A stretch of 40,892 nucleotides of DNA from a virus. Shown in pieces: positions 1-8,315 of this stretch (position 1 is its first letter; the number at the start of each line of letters is the position of its first letter). The stretch spans positions 1 through 40,892 of the IMG/VR virus record IMGVR_UViG_3300022748_000009. One strand, written 5' to 3'. Below the pieces are notes generated by a model. That model made no database searches and had not been told where the DNA came from. It saw nothing but the letters and a program-made list of their open reading frames with translations. The translations under genes and the position numbers were made by a program.

Positions 1-127
1 GAGATCATCAAGCCCATGTCGCGCACCTTCATCCCTTCGCGAATCAGCGACAACCCTTACTTGCTTGGGACTGGCTACATGGCAACACTGCAATCACTAC
101 CAGAGCCACTGCGCTCACAGATGCTCA
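1..127. repeat. Terminal overlap copy 1, identical to 40766-40892; marks closure of a circular or circularly permuted genome
   Basis: The string gagatcatcaagccc...gcgctcacagatgctca at 1-127 recurs exactly at 40766-40892. The terL frame is continuous across the join. An overlap of 127 nt is typical of an assembler k-mer. Confidence 0.95.
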
Positions 128-852
128 ACGGCGACTTCTCAGCGGGTATGGAGGACGACCCTTGGCAAGTCATACCCACAGCATGGGTCGAGGCTGCACA
201 AGCTCGCTGGAAGCGTCCTGACAAGCTCAAGCCAATGGACTCAGTCGGCGTGGACGTGGCGCGCGGCGGCAAGGACAAGACCATCATCGCTCGCCGCCAT
301 GACATGTGGTTCGATGAGTGCCTGACCTACGCTGGCACGGCCACACCTGACGGCCCAACCGTGGCTGGCTTGGTGGTGGCAGCAGCGCGTGACCGCGCAC
401 CGATTCACATTGACGTGATTGGCGTTGGCTCAAGCCCATACGACTTCTTGAACGAGATGGGCCAGCAGGTGCTGGGCGTGAACGTGGCCGAGAGCGCACT
501 GGGCCTCGACAAGTCTGGCCGTCTGCGCTTCAAGAACCAGCGCTCTGAGTTGTGGTGGCGCATGCGTGAGGCGCTTGACCCAGCCAACAACACTGGCATT
601 GCCTTGCCACCGCAGCCTGAGATTCTTGGTGACTTATGTGCGCCAACGTGGAAGCTCGTAGGCAGCACCATCCAAGTGGCCAGCCGCGAGGAAATCTTGG
701 ACAAGATCGGCCGCTCACCAGACTATGGCTCTGCGCTGTGCTTGGCGCTGATGGACACGCCCAAGCGCTCACTGGTTGCCTCGATGAACAAGAGCCACGC
801 CGAAGAAAACTACGACCCCTATGAACGAAAGGCATACAACCCCTATGAATAA
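1..852 (+). CDS. terL: Terminase large subunit, C-terminal part; same gene as 40022-40892
   Basis: ORF 16..852 is open back to base 1. Base 1 equals 40766, which is a codon start of the frame begun at 40022. With the overlap removed, the joined product is about 531 aa. Confidence 0.85.
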   Translation, partial: EIIKPMSRTFIPSRISDNPYLLGTGYMATLQSLPEPLRSQMLNGDFSAGMEDDPWQVIPTAWVEAAQARWKRPDKLKPMDSVGVDVARGGKDKTIIARRHDMWFDECLTYAGTATPDGPTVAGLVVAAARDRAPIHIDVIGVGSSPYDFLNEMGQQVLGVNVAESALGLDKSGRLRFKNQRSELWWRMREALDPANNTGIALPPQPEILGDLCAPTWKLVGSTIQVASREEILDKIGRSPDYGSALCLALMDTPKRSLVASMNKSHAEENYDPYERKAYNPYE

Positions 853-1912
853 TTTCAAACTGATTGGCCAAGGCTTTGATGTGCAGCCGCTGGTTGACGC
901 GATTGATCGCAACCCTGAGTTGTGGGACAAGGTGACCATTCGACAGTCATACGAAGGCTCTGCACATGCTGACACACAGTGCATCTACATCCGTGGGCCT
1001 CGCGCTTTCACACCTGAGATGTACTTCAATGACTTGGGCAGTTTGGACTGCGGCGATGAGATCATGGCGCTTGACCCAGAGCTTGGTGCGTTACTTCGGC
1101 CGATCATCAATGAAACGCTCAAGGTCGAGCAGCTTGGCCGCATCCTCATTGTGAAGCTCAAGGCTGGCGGCAAACTCACGCCACACATTGATGAGGGCGC
1201 GTATGCCGACCACTTCAGCCGATTCCATTTGTGCCTGACTGGAGGCGATGGCAATGCCTTGGTGGCTGGTGATGAATCCGCAACATTTCAGCCAAGCGAG
1301 CTTTGGTGGTTTGACCATAAGACAACGCACTGGGCCATCAATGAGTCAGGCAAAGACCGCATTCACATCATCATCGATGCAGTCAGTCCATTGTTCGACA
1401 CTCCAACGGTGACCGTATCGCAACACCAAACCGATAACGTGGCCAAAAATAGTGGGGTGTCGAAAGTCGAAATCCGCGAGTCCACTGTCGATGAAATGCT
1501 GGCGCACGCTGGTCAACTCTTTGAGGAGCATTGGGACGAGATCGCTTTGAATAAGCGGGTCATGGTTCTCAAGCCTGATGAAGAGCGATACCGCAGGATG
1601 GAGCAGCAAGGCGCTGCTTTGATCTTGGCTGCTTTTGCTGGTGAACAGATGGTTGGGTACTCCGTCAATTTCGTGATGAAGCACCTCCACTATGCTGATT
1701 TGTGTGTTTGCTCGAACGACCTGTTGTTTGTCGCAAAAGAAAAGCGCACAGGTCGATTGGGGTTGCAGCTCATCAAGGCCACCGAGAAGTTCGCAAAAGA
1801 GCGCGGTGCTAAGTTGATGCTGTGGCATGCAAAGGAACAAACTGCTCTCGCCACAATCATCCCGAAAATGGGGTATGGAGTGCAGGACATCATTTTCAGC
1901 AAGGAGATTTGA
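821..1912 (+). CDS. Two-domain protein: aspartyl/asparaginyl beta-hydroxylase-like cupin (2OG-Fe(II) oxygenase type) fused to a GNAT-like N-acetyltransferase
   Basis: The N-terminal half has LTPHIDEG...RFHLCL...WWFDHKTTHWAINESGKDRIHIIIDA, the HxD...H cupin pattern of the AspH/LpxO family. The C-terminal half has LILAAFAGEQMVGYSVNF...FVAKEKRTGRLGLQLIKATEKFAKERGAKLMLWH, which is GNAT-like. The start is uncertain: ATG 821 or ATG 845, neither with a good SD. Confidence 0.7.
   Translation: MNERHTTPMNNFKLIGQGFDVQPLVDAIDRNPELWDKVTIRQSYEGSAHADTQCIYIRGPRAFTPEMYFNDLGSLDCGDEIMALDPELGALLRPIINETLKVEQLGRILIVKLKAGGKLTPHIDEGAYADHFSRFHLCLTGGDGNALVAGDESATFQPSELWWFDHKTTHWAINESGKDRIHIIIDAVSPLFDTPTVTVSQHQTDNVAKNSGVSKVEIRESTVDEMLAHAGQLFEEHWDEIALNKRVMVLKPDEERYRRMEQQGAALILAAFAGEQMVGYSVNFVMKHLHYADLCVCSNDLLFVAKEKRTGRLGLQLIKATEKFAKERGAKLMLWHAKEQTALATIIPKMGYGVQDIIFSKEI
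1408..1440 (+). promoter_or_regulatory. Copy 1 of the GGTGACCGTA-N17-TAnnnT motif, internal to the cupin-GNAT gene
   Basis: GGTGACCGTA at 1408-1417 and TAACGT at 1435-1440. The local core ACGGTgACCGT is a perfect 5+1+5 palindrome. Confidence 0.45.
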
Positions 1913-1913
1913 T

Positions 1914-2237
1914 ATGGGCGTTACAGCAGCAGTCGCGGCAGTTACAGCAACGGCGTACACGATTTACAACGGCGAGCGTTCGGCAGACAAACAGGACGAA
2001 GCGTTGCAGCAGCAACGTCAAGCTCAAACAGAGGCAAAGACAGCAGCTCAACAGCAGCAACAAACGTCTGAGCAAAACATCAACAAGGCACGCCAAAAGG
2101 CTCCCGATGTGTCTGGCATTCAACAAGCTGCCGAACAAGGCTCGCAAGGCGGCTCGGCTGGCACAATGCTCACAGGCCCACAGGGCGTGAAAAAAGAAGA
2201 CCTCTCTCTCGGTAAGTCAACATTGTTGGGCGGTTAA
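1914..2237 (+). CDS. Small Gln-rich protein with a hydrophobic N-terminus; function unknown
   Basis: ATG 1914 lies 7 nt after AAGGAG (1901-1906). Product MGVTAAVAAVTATAYTIY... then a Q-rich stretch, ending LGKSTLLGG. The ORF-track start at 1827 lies inside the upstream gene. Confidence 0.75.
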   Translation: MGVTAAVAAVTATAYTIYNGERSADKQDEALQQQRQAQTEAKTAAQQQQQTSEQNINKARQKAPDVSGIQQAAEQGSQGGSAGTMLTGPQGVKKEDLSLGKSTLLGG

Positions 2238-2240
2238 ACC

Positions 2241-3944
2241 ATGAGCCAATTCACCAGCGATGCAGGTTCGCATCCCCAAGCGCCAGAGCGCGATAAGCTG
2301 TTCACCCGATGGGGTCAGCTAAAGGCCGAGCGTGCATCTTGGTGGGCGCACTGGCAAGAGATCACTACCTACTTGCTGCCGCGCAACGGCCGCTACTTTC
2401 GCCAAGACCGTGACAAGGGCTGGCGCAGACACAACAACATCTATGACAACACTGGCACACGCGCACTGCGTGTTCTAGGCGCTGGCATGATGGCAGGTGC
2501 AACGTCACCAGCTCGCCCTTGGTTTCGCCTTGGCACTGCTGACCCAGACTTGAACAACTACATGCCAGTCAAGCTGTGGCTTGATGACGTGCAAAAACGC
2601 ATGGGCATGGTATTCCAGCGCTCCAACACATACCGCGCACTGCACGGCATCTACGAAGAGCTGGGTGGCTTTGGCACTGCGGCATCGATCATCTTGCCAG
2701 ACTACCAAAACATCATCCATCACTACCCAGTGACAACAGGTGAGTTCTGCGTGGCGCAAGACTATCAAGGCAAGATTTGCACGTTGTACCGCGAGTTTGA
2801 AAAGACCGTGGGCGAGATCGTCAAAGAGTTCGGCTACAAGCAATGCTCCAAGACCGTACAAAACCTGTATGACCGTGGCAGCTTGGATGCTTGGATTCCA
2901 ATCATTCACGCCATCGAGCCACGCGCTGATCGCGACATCAACAAGAGGGACGCGCTCAACATGCCTTGGGCTTCGTACTACTTCGAGATTGGCGGCGAGA
3001 AAGACAAGTACCTGCGCGAGTCTGGCTTCCGCGAGTTCCCTGCTGTCGTGCCTCGTTGGGCTACGGCTGGCGGCGACATCTACGGCAACAGCCCAGCGAT
3101 GGAAGCGCTTGGCGACATCAAGCAGTTGCAACATGAGCAGCTCCGCAAAGCTCAAGCGATTGACTACCAGACCATGCCACCGTTGCAGGTTCCAACCTCG
3201 ATGAAGAACCGTGACGTTGAGCGATTGCCCAACGGCATCACATTCGTTGACGCAAACAGCCCAAGCGGCGGCATCAAGTCCATGTTCGAGGTCAACCTGA
3301 ACCTTGACCATTTGCTCATGGACATCCAAGACTGTCGCGAGCGCGTGCGTGGCGCTTTCTACGCCGACCTGTTCTTGATGCTGGCCAACGCCACCGACAC
3401 TCGCATGACTGCGACAGAGGTTGCCGAGCGCCACGAAGAGAAGCTCTTGATGCTTGGCCCAGTGCTTGAGCGTCTGCACAACGAGCTGCTCGACCCGCTG
3501 ATCGAAACCACGTTCACACGCATGCTTGAAGCTGGCGTGCTGCCTCCACCACCTGAAGAGATGCAGGGCATGGAGCTGAATGTTGAGTTTGTGTCGATGC
3601 TTGCTCAAGCCCAGCGTGCGATTGGCACAAACGGCGTTGACCGATTCGTTGGCAACCTCGGCGCTGTGGCTCAGTACAAGCCTGACGTGCTTGACAAGTT
3701 CAATGCTGACGAGTGGGTTGATGCCTACTCTGACATGCTCGGCGTTGACCCCAAGCTCATCGTGGCAAACGACCAAGTGGCCATCGTGCGCGATGCTCGC
3801 AACAAGGCGCAAGCCGCACAAGCACAGGCAGAAAACATGCGTACTCAGTCAGAGGTCGCACGCAATCTTGCTGGCGCAACCACAACTGAGCCAAGCGCGT
3901 TGACAAACGTGATGGACATGTTCTCTGGCTACAACACACCCTAA
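2241..3944 (+). CDS. Portal (head-to-tail connector) protein
   Basis: A 567-aa ORF after the terminase block. Size, position and the N-terminal WWAHWQEITTYLLPRNGRYF region match my memory of T7/BPP-1-type connector proteins. Confidence 0.8.
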   Translation: MSQFTSDAGSHPQAPERDKLFTRWGQLKAERASWWAHWQEITTYLLPRNGRYFRQDRDKGWRRHNNIYDNTGTRALRVLGAGMMAGATSPARPWFRLGTADPDLNNYMPVKLWLDDVQKRMGMVFQRSNTYRALHGIYEELGGFGTAASIILPDYQNIIHHYPVTTGEFCVAQDYQGKICTLYREFEKTVGEIVKEFGYKQCSKTVQNLYDRGSLDAWIPIIHAIEPRADRDINKRDALNMPWASYYFEIGGEKDKYLRESGFREFPAVVPRWATAGGDIYGNSPAMEALGDIKQLQHEQLRKAQAIDYQTMPPLQVPTSMKNRDVERLPNGITFVDANSPSGGIKSMFEVNLNLDHLLMDIQDCRERVRGAFYADLFLMLANATDTRMTATEVAERHEEKLLMLGPVLERLHNELLDPLIETTFTRMLEAGVLPPPPEEMQGMELNVEFVSMLAQAQRAIGTNGVDRFVGNLGAVAQYKPDVLDKFNADEWVDAYSDMLGVDPKLIVANDQVAIVRDARNKAQAAQAQAENMRTQSEVARNLAGATTTEPSALTNVMDMFSGYNTP

Positions 3945-3955
3945 AGGAAATCATC

Positions 3956-4363
3956 ATGGCGAAAAGCACATTGCTGTATGGCAGCAACGACAAGTACGGC
4001 AACAGCGCCGATGCGACAGCATTCATCGAGAAGCTGCTTGTGGCCGTGGACACGCTGCACAAGGTTCACCTGATGACCACAGGCGCTGGCAGCTTTGCCG
4101 CGCATGAGGCTTTGGGTGACACATACAGCGCGTTGGAAGATGGCCTCGATGGCTTGGCCGAAAGCTGGATGGGCTGCACCAAGCAAGCTGTCGAGTTCAA
4201 GGGTGTTGACGTGAGCAGCTACTCTGCTGAAGCTCGCAAGATTTACGACTACATCGAAGCCAACCGCGCATTGATGGGTGGTGAGTCACACATCCAAAAC
4301 TTGATCGATGACATCCTCGACAAGCTCGCACGCAACCTGTTCAAACTTGACCGCCTCGCATAA
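3956..4363 (+). CDS. Dps/ferritin-like four-helix-bundle protein
   Basis: SD AAAGGAAATC precedes the ATG. VHLMTTGAGSFAAHEALGDTYSALEDGLDGLAE has H38, H50, D65 and E69 at spacings 12/15/4. These are the spacings of the E. coli Dps ferroxidase ligands H51, H63, D78 and E82. Confidence 0.65.
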   Translation: MAKSTLLYGSNDKYGNSADATAFIEKLLVAVDTLHKVHLMTTGAGSFAAHEALGDTYSALEDGLDGLAESWMGCTKQAVEFKGVDVSSYSAEARKIYDYIEANRALMGGESHIQNLIDDILDKLARNLFKLDRLA

Positions 4364-4372
4364 GGAAACACC

Positions 4373-4741
4373 ATGTCACTCGTAAACATGAAAATGTCGC
4401 AAGAAGAGCGCGGCGAATACAACGGCGACAAGATCGCAGAACCAAGCTACCCATACGGCTTGAGCATCGACCTCGATGACGGCTCGATGGAAAAGCTGGG
4501 CATCACCGCATTGCCCAAGGTTGGCACTGAAATGATGATTACCGCCAAAGTGGTGGTGAAGTCTGTCAGCTCAAACCAGTACGAAGGCAGCGATGCTGAG
4601 TCTCGCATGTGCTTGCAAATCACCGACATGGAAATTGGCGGCGAGAGCAAAAAGCAAGACAAGGCCAAGTCGCTTTACGGTGACGACAGCGAAGGCACTC
4701 GCATCGACAACATCTCCAACGCTCTGTACGGCGGCAACTGA
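4373..4741 (+). CDS. Head-module protein of unknown function
   Basis: A 122-aa ORF with SD AAGGAAACACC before the ATG, tightly packed between flanking genes. Motif YPYGLSIDLDDGSMEKLGI. Confidence 0.75.
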   Translation: MSLVNMKMSQEERGEYNGDKIAEPSYPYGLSIDLDDGSMEKLGITALPKVGTEMMITAKVVVKSVSSNQYEGSDAESRMCLQITDMEIGGESKKQDKAKSLYGDDSEGTRIDNISNALYGGN

Positions 4742-5481
4742 TGCGCTTACCAGTCCACTACCCCTCGATGACCGAAAACGGCAAGGTCGAGTCGTGGGCT
4801 TTAAATGTGGCCAGAGGCTTGGTGAAAAATCACACCAGCCTCAACATTGCTGGGTATCAGTCTGCCGTTGGTTCAACCTTCATCCCAATCTGGGAAAACA
4901 ACACGGCATACGTCTACCCATCAAACGGTACGATGCTGCTGTGGAGTTCTAGCGCGTCAGACACCAACGTCTTGATTCAAATCAATGGACTTGATGCTGA
5001 CTACAACATGCTTAGTGAAGACCTGCTGCTGACAAACGGCACAACTGGTGTCACAACAGTCAATGAGTACAAGCGCATCAATGGCATCACTGTCATCGAT
5101 GGCGTGAACCCTGTTGGCGCAATCAGCCTTGGTAACAGCGGCAAGACTGAGGTCTATGCAAAGATTGCCGTTGGCGCTGGCACAAGTGCGATGACGGTCT
5201 ACACCGTACCTGCTGGCCACACGTTCTACTTGGCCAAGGTCAATGCCTACACCAGCCAAGGCAACAACCAGATCACAAACTACAGGTCTTACACCATCAA
5301 TGCGTCTGGCATCATTCGCGCTGTTTTGCAGGTTCCATTCACTGGCTCTTACATCTCAGACAAGACAGTCCAGCGCGGCTACGGCGAGAAGACTGATTGC
5401 CAATGGCAATGCAGCTCAAGCGCCACATCGCAGGTCGGCATTCAGATTGAGGGCATCCTCATCAAGAACGATACCCCTTGA
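4741..5481 (+). CDS. Beta-rich head-module protein of unknown function
   Basis: A 246-aa ORF whose ATG overlaps the upstream stop (TGATG). Its composition suggests a beta-rich, jelly-roll-like fold (YTVPAGHTFYLAKVNAY). Confidence 0.75.
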   Translation: MRLPVHYPSMTENGKVESWALNVARGLVKNHTSLNIAGYQSAVGSTFIPIWENNTAYVYPSNGTMLLWSSSASDTNVLIQINGLDADYNMLSEDLLLTNGTTGVTTVNEYKRINGITVIDGVNPVGAISLGNSGKTEVYAKIAVGAGTSAMTVYTVPAGHTFYLAKVNAYTSQGNNQITNYRSYTINASGIIRAVLQVPFTGSYISDKTVQRGYGEKTDCQWQCSSSATSQVGIQIEGILIKNDTP

Positions 5482-5482
5482 T

Positions 5483-5515
5483 GGTGACCGTAATACAAAG
5501 CACTGTGGATAGATT
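5483..5515 (+). promoter_or_regulatory. Copy 2 of the GGTGACCGTA-N17-TAnnnT motif
   Basis: GGTGACCGTA at 5483-5492, 1 nt after the stop at 5479-5481. TAGATT at 5510-5515. Shares CTTGATGGTGACCGTA with copy 3. Confidence 0.5.
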
Positions 5516-5521
5516 GACAAC

Positions 5522-5869
5522 ATGAGTAACAGCTACGACCCAACTGATGTGCAAGCGCAAGAGCGCAAAGTCTCCGAAAAAGAGATTCGCGAGCGCAACG
5601 CAGCCAAGAACGAAGAAGCTGACCTCAAGTGGCTCATGGGCAGTCGGAGGGGTCGCCGAATCATCGGTCGACTTCTGGAGCAATCAGGCGTGTACAGGCT
5701 ATCGTTCAACACCAACTCGATGCAAATGGCATTCGCAGAAGGTAACAGGAACTTTGGCAACCGCATGTTAGCGATGCTTCACGCTCACTGCCCAGAGCTT
5801 TACATGCAACTACTCAAGGAGCAATCCAATGGAATCGCTGATGACGGACACAGCCGCAACGACCACTGA
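5522..5869 (+). CDS. Bbp19-like conserved phage protein
   Basis: WLMGSRRGRRIIGRLLEQSGVYRLSFNTNSMQMAFAEGNRNFGNRMLAMLHAHCPELY matches my memory of the Bbp19 family of BPP-1-like phages. There is no SD; the ATG lies 6 nt after the TAGATT hexamer. Confidence 0.65.
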   Translation: MSNSYDPTDVQAQERKVSEKEIRERNAAKNEEADLKWLMGSRRGRRIIGRLLEQSGVYRLSFNTNSMQMAFAEGNRNFGNRMLAMLHAHCPELYMQLLKEQSNGIADDGHSRNDH

Positions 5870-6503
5870 AGGTACGGCCTCATCGCAAGACGCTGCCAGC
5901 ACTACGCCGCAAGGTGGAGAGCAGACAGCGAACCAGCAGCAAGCCAATGCTGACCAGAACCAGACTAGCACTCAGGACAGTGCAAAGGATGGGGCTGCTG
6001 ATGGCAACACGGAAGGCAAACCTCAAGGTGCGCCTGAAAAATACGAGTTCAAAGCCCCCGAAGGCAAAGAGTTCGATTCCGAAACGCTGAACGCATTTTC
6101 GGAGGTTGCCAAAGAAGCCAATCTGTCGCAGGAAGCCGCGCAGAAACTGCTCGACAAGATGGGGCCAACATTGGCTCAACGTCAAATGGAGCAGTTTGAG
6201 AGTATCAAGAATGACTGGGCGCAATCAGCGCAAACAGACAAAGAGTTCGGAGGCGAAAAGCTGAACGAAAACTTGGCTGTTGCAAAGAAAGCTCTGGACT
6301 CTTTTGGCACTCCCGAACTACGCACGCTGCTTAATGAGTCTGGCTTGGGAAATAACCCCGAAGTGATTCGGTTTATGTACCGAGCTGGCAAGGCAATCAG
6401 TGAAGACAAGTTTGTTGGTTCAACGACTGGTGCAAACCCTCGCGGTGCGCCCAAATCGTTTAACGATCAAGCCTCGGCACTCTATTCAAATCAGCAATCT
6501 TAA
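5829..6503 (+). CDS. Scaffolding protein (putative)
   Basis: AAGGAG (5817-5822) lies 6 nt before the ATG. Acidic, Q-rich, low-complexity N-terminus followed by a helical region. The gene sits immediately upstream of the major capsid gene. Confidence 0.6.
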   Translation: MESLMTDTAATTTEGTASSQDAASTTPQGGEQTANQQQANADQNQTSTQDSAKDGAADGNTEGKPQGAPEKYEFKAPEGKEFDSETLNAFSEVAKEANLSQEAAQKLLDKMGPTLAQRQMEQFESIKNDWAQSAQTDKEFGGEKLNENLAVAKKALDSFGTPELRTLLNESGLGNNPEVIRFMYRAGKAISEDKFVGSTTGANPRGAPKSFNDQASALYSNQQS

Positions 6504-6515
6504 AAGGAAATCAAA

Positions 6516-7535
6516 ATGGCAACTCTTGCTACTACCTCCCTGACCTTGGCCGATTGGGCCAAACGTACCGACCCCGATGGTCGCATTCCAATCGTTGCAG
6601 AATTGCTCTCGCAATCGAACGAAATTCTCGAAGACTGCGTGTTCAAAGAAGGCAACTTGCCTACTGGTGATCGCGTTGTGATTCGCACTGGCTTGCCCAC
6701 CGTCTACTGGCGTGCATTGAACCAAGGTATCCCAAACAGCAAATCGACCACTGCTCAAGTGGACGAGGCTTGCGGCATCTTGGAAGCTCGCTCTGAAGTC
6801 GACAAAGACTTGGCAATGTTGAACGGCAACACCGCTCAATTCCGTTTGTCTGAAGACACAGCTTTCTTGGAAGCTATGAACCAGACTCAAGCCACGACTT
6901 TGTTCTACGGCAACCCAGCAACTGACCCCAAGCAATTCTTGGGTTTGGCCGCTCGCTACTCTAGCCTGTCTGCTTCTAACGCTCAAAACATCTTGAGCGC
7001 TGGTGGTTCTGGCTCTGACAACACATCCATCTACTTGGTGGTGTGGGGTGACAACACTGTGTACTGCCCTTTCCCTAAAGGTTCTAAGGCTGGTTTGATT
7101 CACGAAGACCTCGGCGAGCAAACCGTGTACAACAGCGATAGCACTCGCTTGCAAGCCTACGCTACTCGCTACCAATGGAAGAACGGTCTTGTTGTGAAAG
7201 ACTGGCGCTATGTGGTTCGCATCGCCAACATCGATGTGAGCGACTTGGTTGGCCAGACTGGCACTCAAGCCTCTACCGCTGCAACCGCTGTCATCAAATT
7301 GATGGCTCGCGCTTTGTATCGCATTCCAAACATGGCAATGGGCCGCGCAGCTTTCTACATGAACCGTACCGTTCACTCTGGTTTGACTGTTGCAGCTATG
7401 GACAAGAGCCAGTACGTTTTGAAGATCAATGAGGGCTTGTCTCAGTTCGGCACACCATATAGCTGGTTGTCGTTCTTGGGCGTTCCTCTGCGCCGTGTTG
7501 ACGCGATCTTGAACACTGAATCTGTTGTCAGCTAA
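6516..7535 (+). CDS. Major capsid protein
   Basis: A 339-aa ORF with SD AAAAGGAAATC, positioned after the scaffold gene. N-terminus TLADWAKRTDPDGRIPIVAELL is of the BPP-1-type capsid family (from memory). Confidence 0.8.
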   Translation: MATLATTSLTLADWAKRTDPDGRIPIVAELLSQSNEILEDCVFKEGNLPTGDRVVIRTGLPTVYWRALNQGIPNSKSTTAQVDEACGILEARSEVDKDLAMLNGNTAQFRLSEDTAFLEAMNQTQATTLFYGNPATDPKQFLGLAARYSSLSASNAQNILSAGGSGSDNTSIYLVVWGDNTVYCPFPKGSKAGLIHEDLGEQTVYNSDSTRLQAYATRYQWKNGLVVKDWRYVVRIANIDVSDLVGQTGTQASTAATAVIKLMARALYRIPNMAMGRAAFYMNRTVHSGLTVAAMDKSQYVLKINEGLSQFGTPYSWLSFLGVPLRRVDAILNTESVVS

Positions 7536-7588
7536 AACTCAGGAGGGGGCTAACGCCTCCTCCATTCAAACCCTGAAAGGAAATTCAA

Positions 7589-8020
7589 ATGATTACCGAT
7601 AAACTCCTCCGTGTCTCCGAAGCACAAGCCATCACTGGTGACGCAGCCTCTACCAACACCATCGACCTGTTGACTGCACAGGACATCGGTGAAGGCAAGC
7701 CTTTGTACGCCGTGTTCACTGTGACTGAAGCATTCAACAACTTGACAAGCATCTTGTTTGAAGTCATCAGCTCTGCCAACGCAGACTTGTCTTCTCCCAC
7801 AATCTTGTCTATGCAGAGCCAGCTTTTGGCTGCTTTGACTGTTGGCGCTCAGTTCGTTGTTGTGGTTCCTCCTCAAGTTGCCTCTTTGGGCAAGCGTTAC
7901 TTGGGTGCGTACTATGATGTGACTGGTACAAACCCATCGACTGGCAAGGTGACTTGCGACTTCGTTGAGACTATCCAAGACGGCAAGAAGTTCTACGCTT
8001 CTGGCTTCACTGTTGCTTAA
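7589..8020 (+). CDS. Capsid cement/decoration-like protein (Bbp16-like, putative)
   Basis: A 143-aa ORF directly after the capsid gene with SD AAAGGAAATTC. It looks beta-rich, and position and size fit a cement protein. Confidence 0.5.
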   Translation: MITDKLLRVSEAQAITGDAASTNTIDLLTAQDIGEGKPLYAVFTVTEAFNNLTSILFEVISSANADLSSPTILSMQSQLLAALTVGAQFVVVVPPQVASLGKRYLGAYYDVTGTNPSTGKVTCDFVETIQDGKKFYASGFTVA

Positions 8021-8038
8021 ATTTAAGGAGACTGCATC

Positions 8039-8233
8039 ATGGCTAAATGTCGCGTGTTAGCAAAGTCCTTCATCAACAACGCCATCCGTGAGGAAGGCGA
8101 CATCGTTGAGTACGAAGGCAAACTGGGTACTAACCTAGAATTGGTCGAAGAGGAAGATGCCCCCGCCAAACCCACTAAGAAGTGGAAAAAAGGCGAAGCG
8201 GCTGAACCGACTGAAACTGCTGACGCAGAATAA
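8039..8233 (+). CDS. Small acidic/lysine-rich protein, unknown
   Basis: A 64-aa ORF with SD TAAGGAGAC 7 nt upstream. It is the last gene before a strong terminator. Confidence 0.65.
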   Translation: MAKCRVLAKSFINNAIREEGDIVEYEGKLGTNLELVEEEDAPAKPTKKWKKGEAAEPTETADAE

Positions 8234-8266
8234 GCTCGGTGTAGTTCTTCTTTTTTGAAGGCATCG

Positions 8267-8301
8267 GGGGTGGCTGTGGGAAACCGTAGTCACCCCTTTT
8301 T
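8267..8301 (+). terminator. Rho-independent terminator after the capsid gene block
   Basis: A 13-bp stem (8267-8279 pairs with 8284-8296, including three G-U pairs), a GAAA loop, then TTTTT at 8297-8301. Confidence 0.8.
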
Positions 8302-8315
8302 CTTAGGAGCCTGAC

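Noticed and set aside
1-127. The 127-nt terminal repeat as a biological direct terminal repeat
   Set aside because: It falls in the middle of the terL coding sequence. Its length equals a common assembler k-mer. An assembly overlap of a circular or permuted genome is the simpler reading.
816-849. Direct repeat CCCCTATGAA (816-825 and 840-849) at the terL 3' end
   Set aside because: It reflects the repeated peptide (D/N)PYE at the terL C-terminus. There is no evidence for a separate function.
2505-3821. A 438-aa minus-strand ORF opposite the portal gene. Similar cases lie at 6486-7376, 12644-13714 and 1346-1960.
   Set aside because: These are antisense shadows of well-supported genes. Their composition is non-protein-like (His/Val/Leu/Ala runs).
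7540-7566. Hairpin GGAGG...CCTCC after the capsid gene as a terminator
   Set aside because: The stem has only 5 clean base pairs with a 9-nt loop and no T tract. At most it is a weak attenuator.
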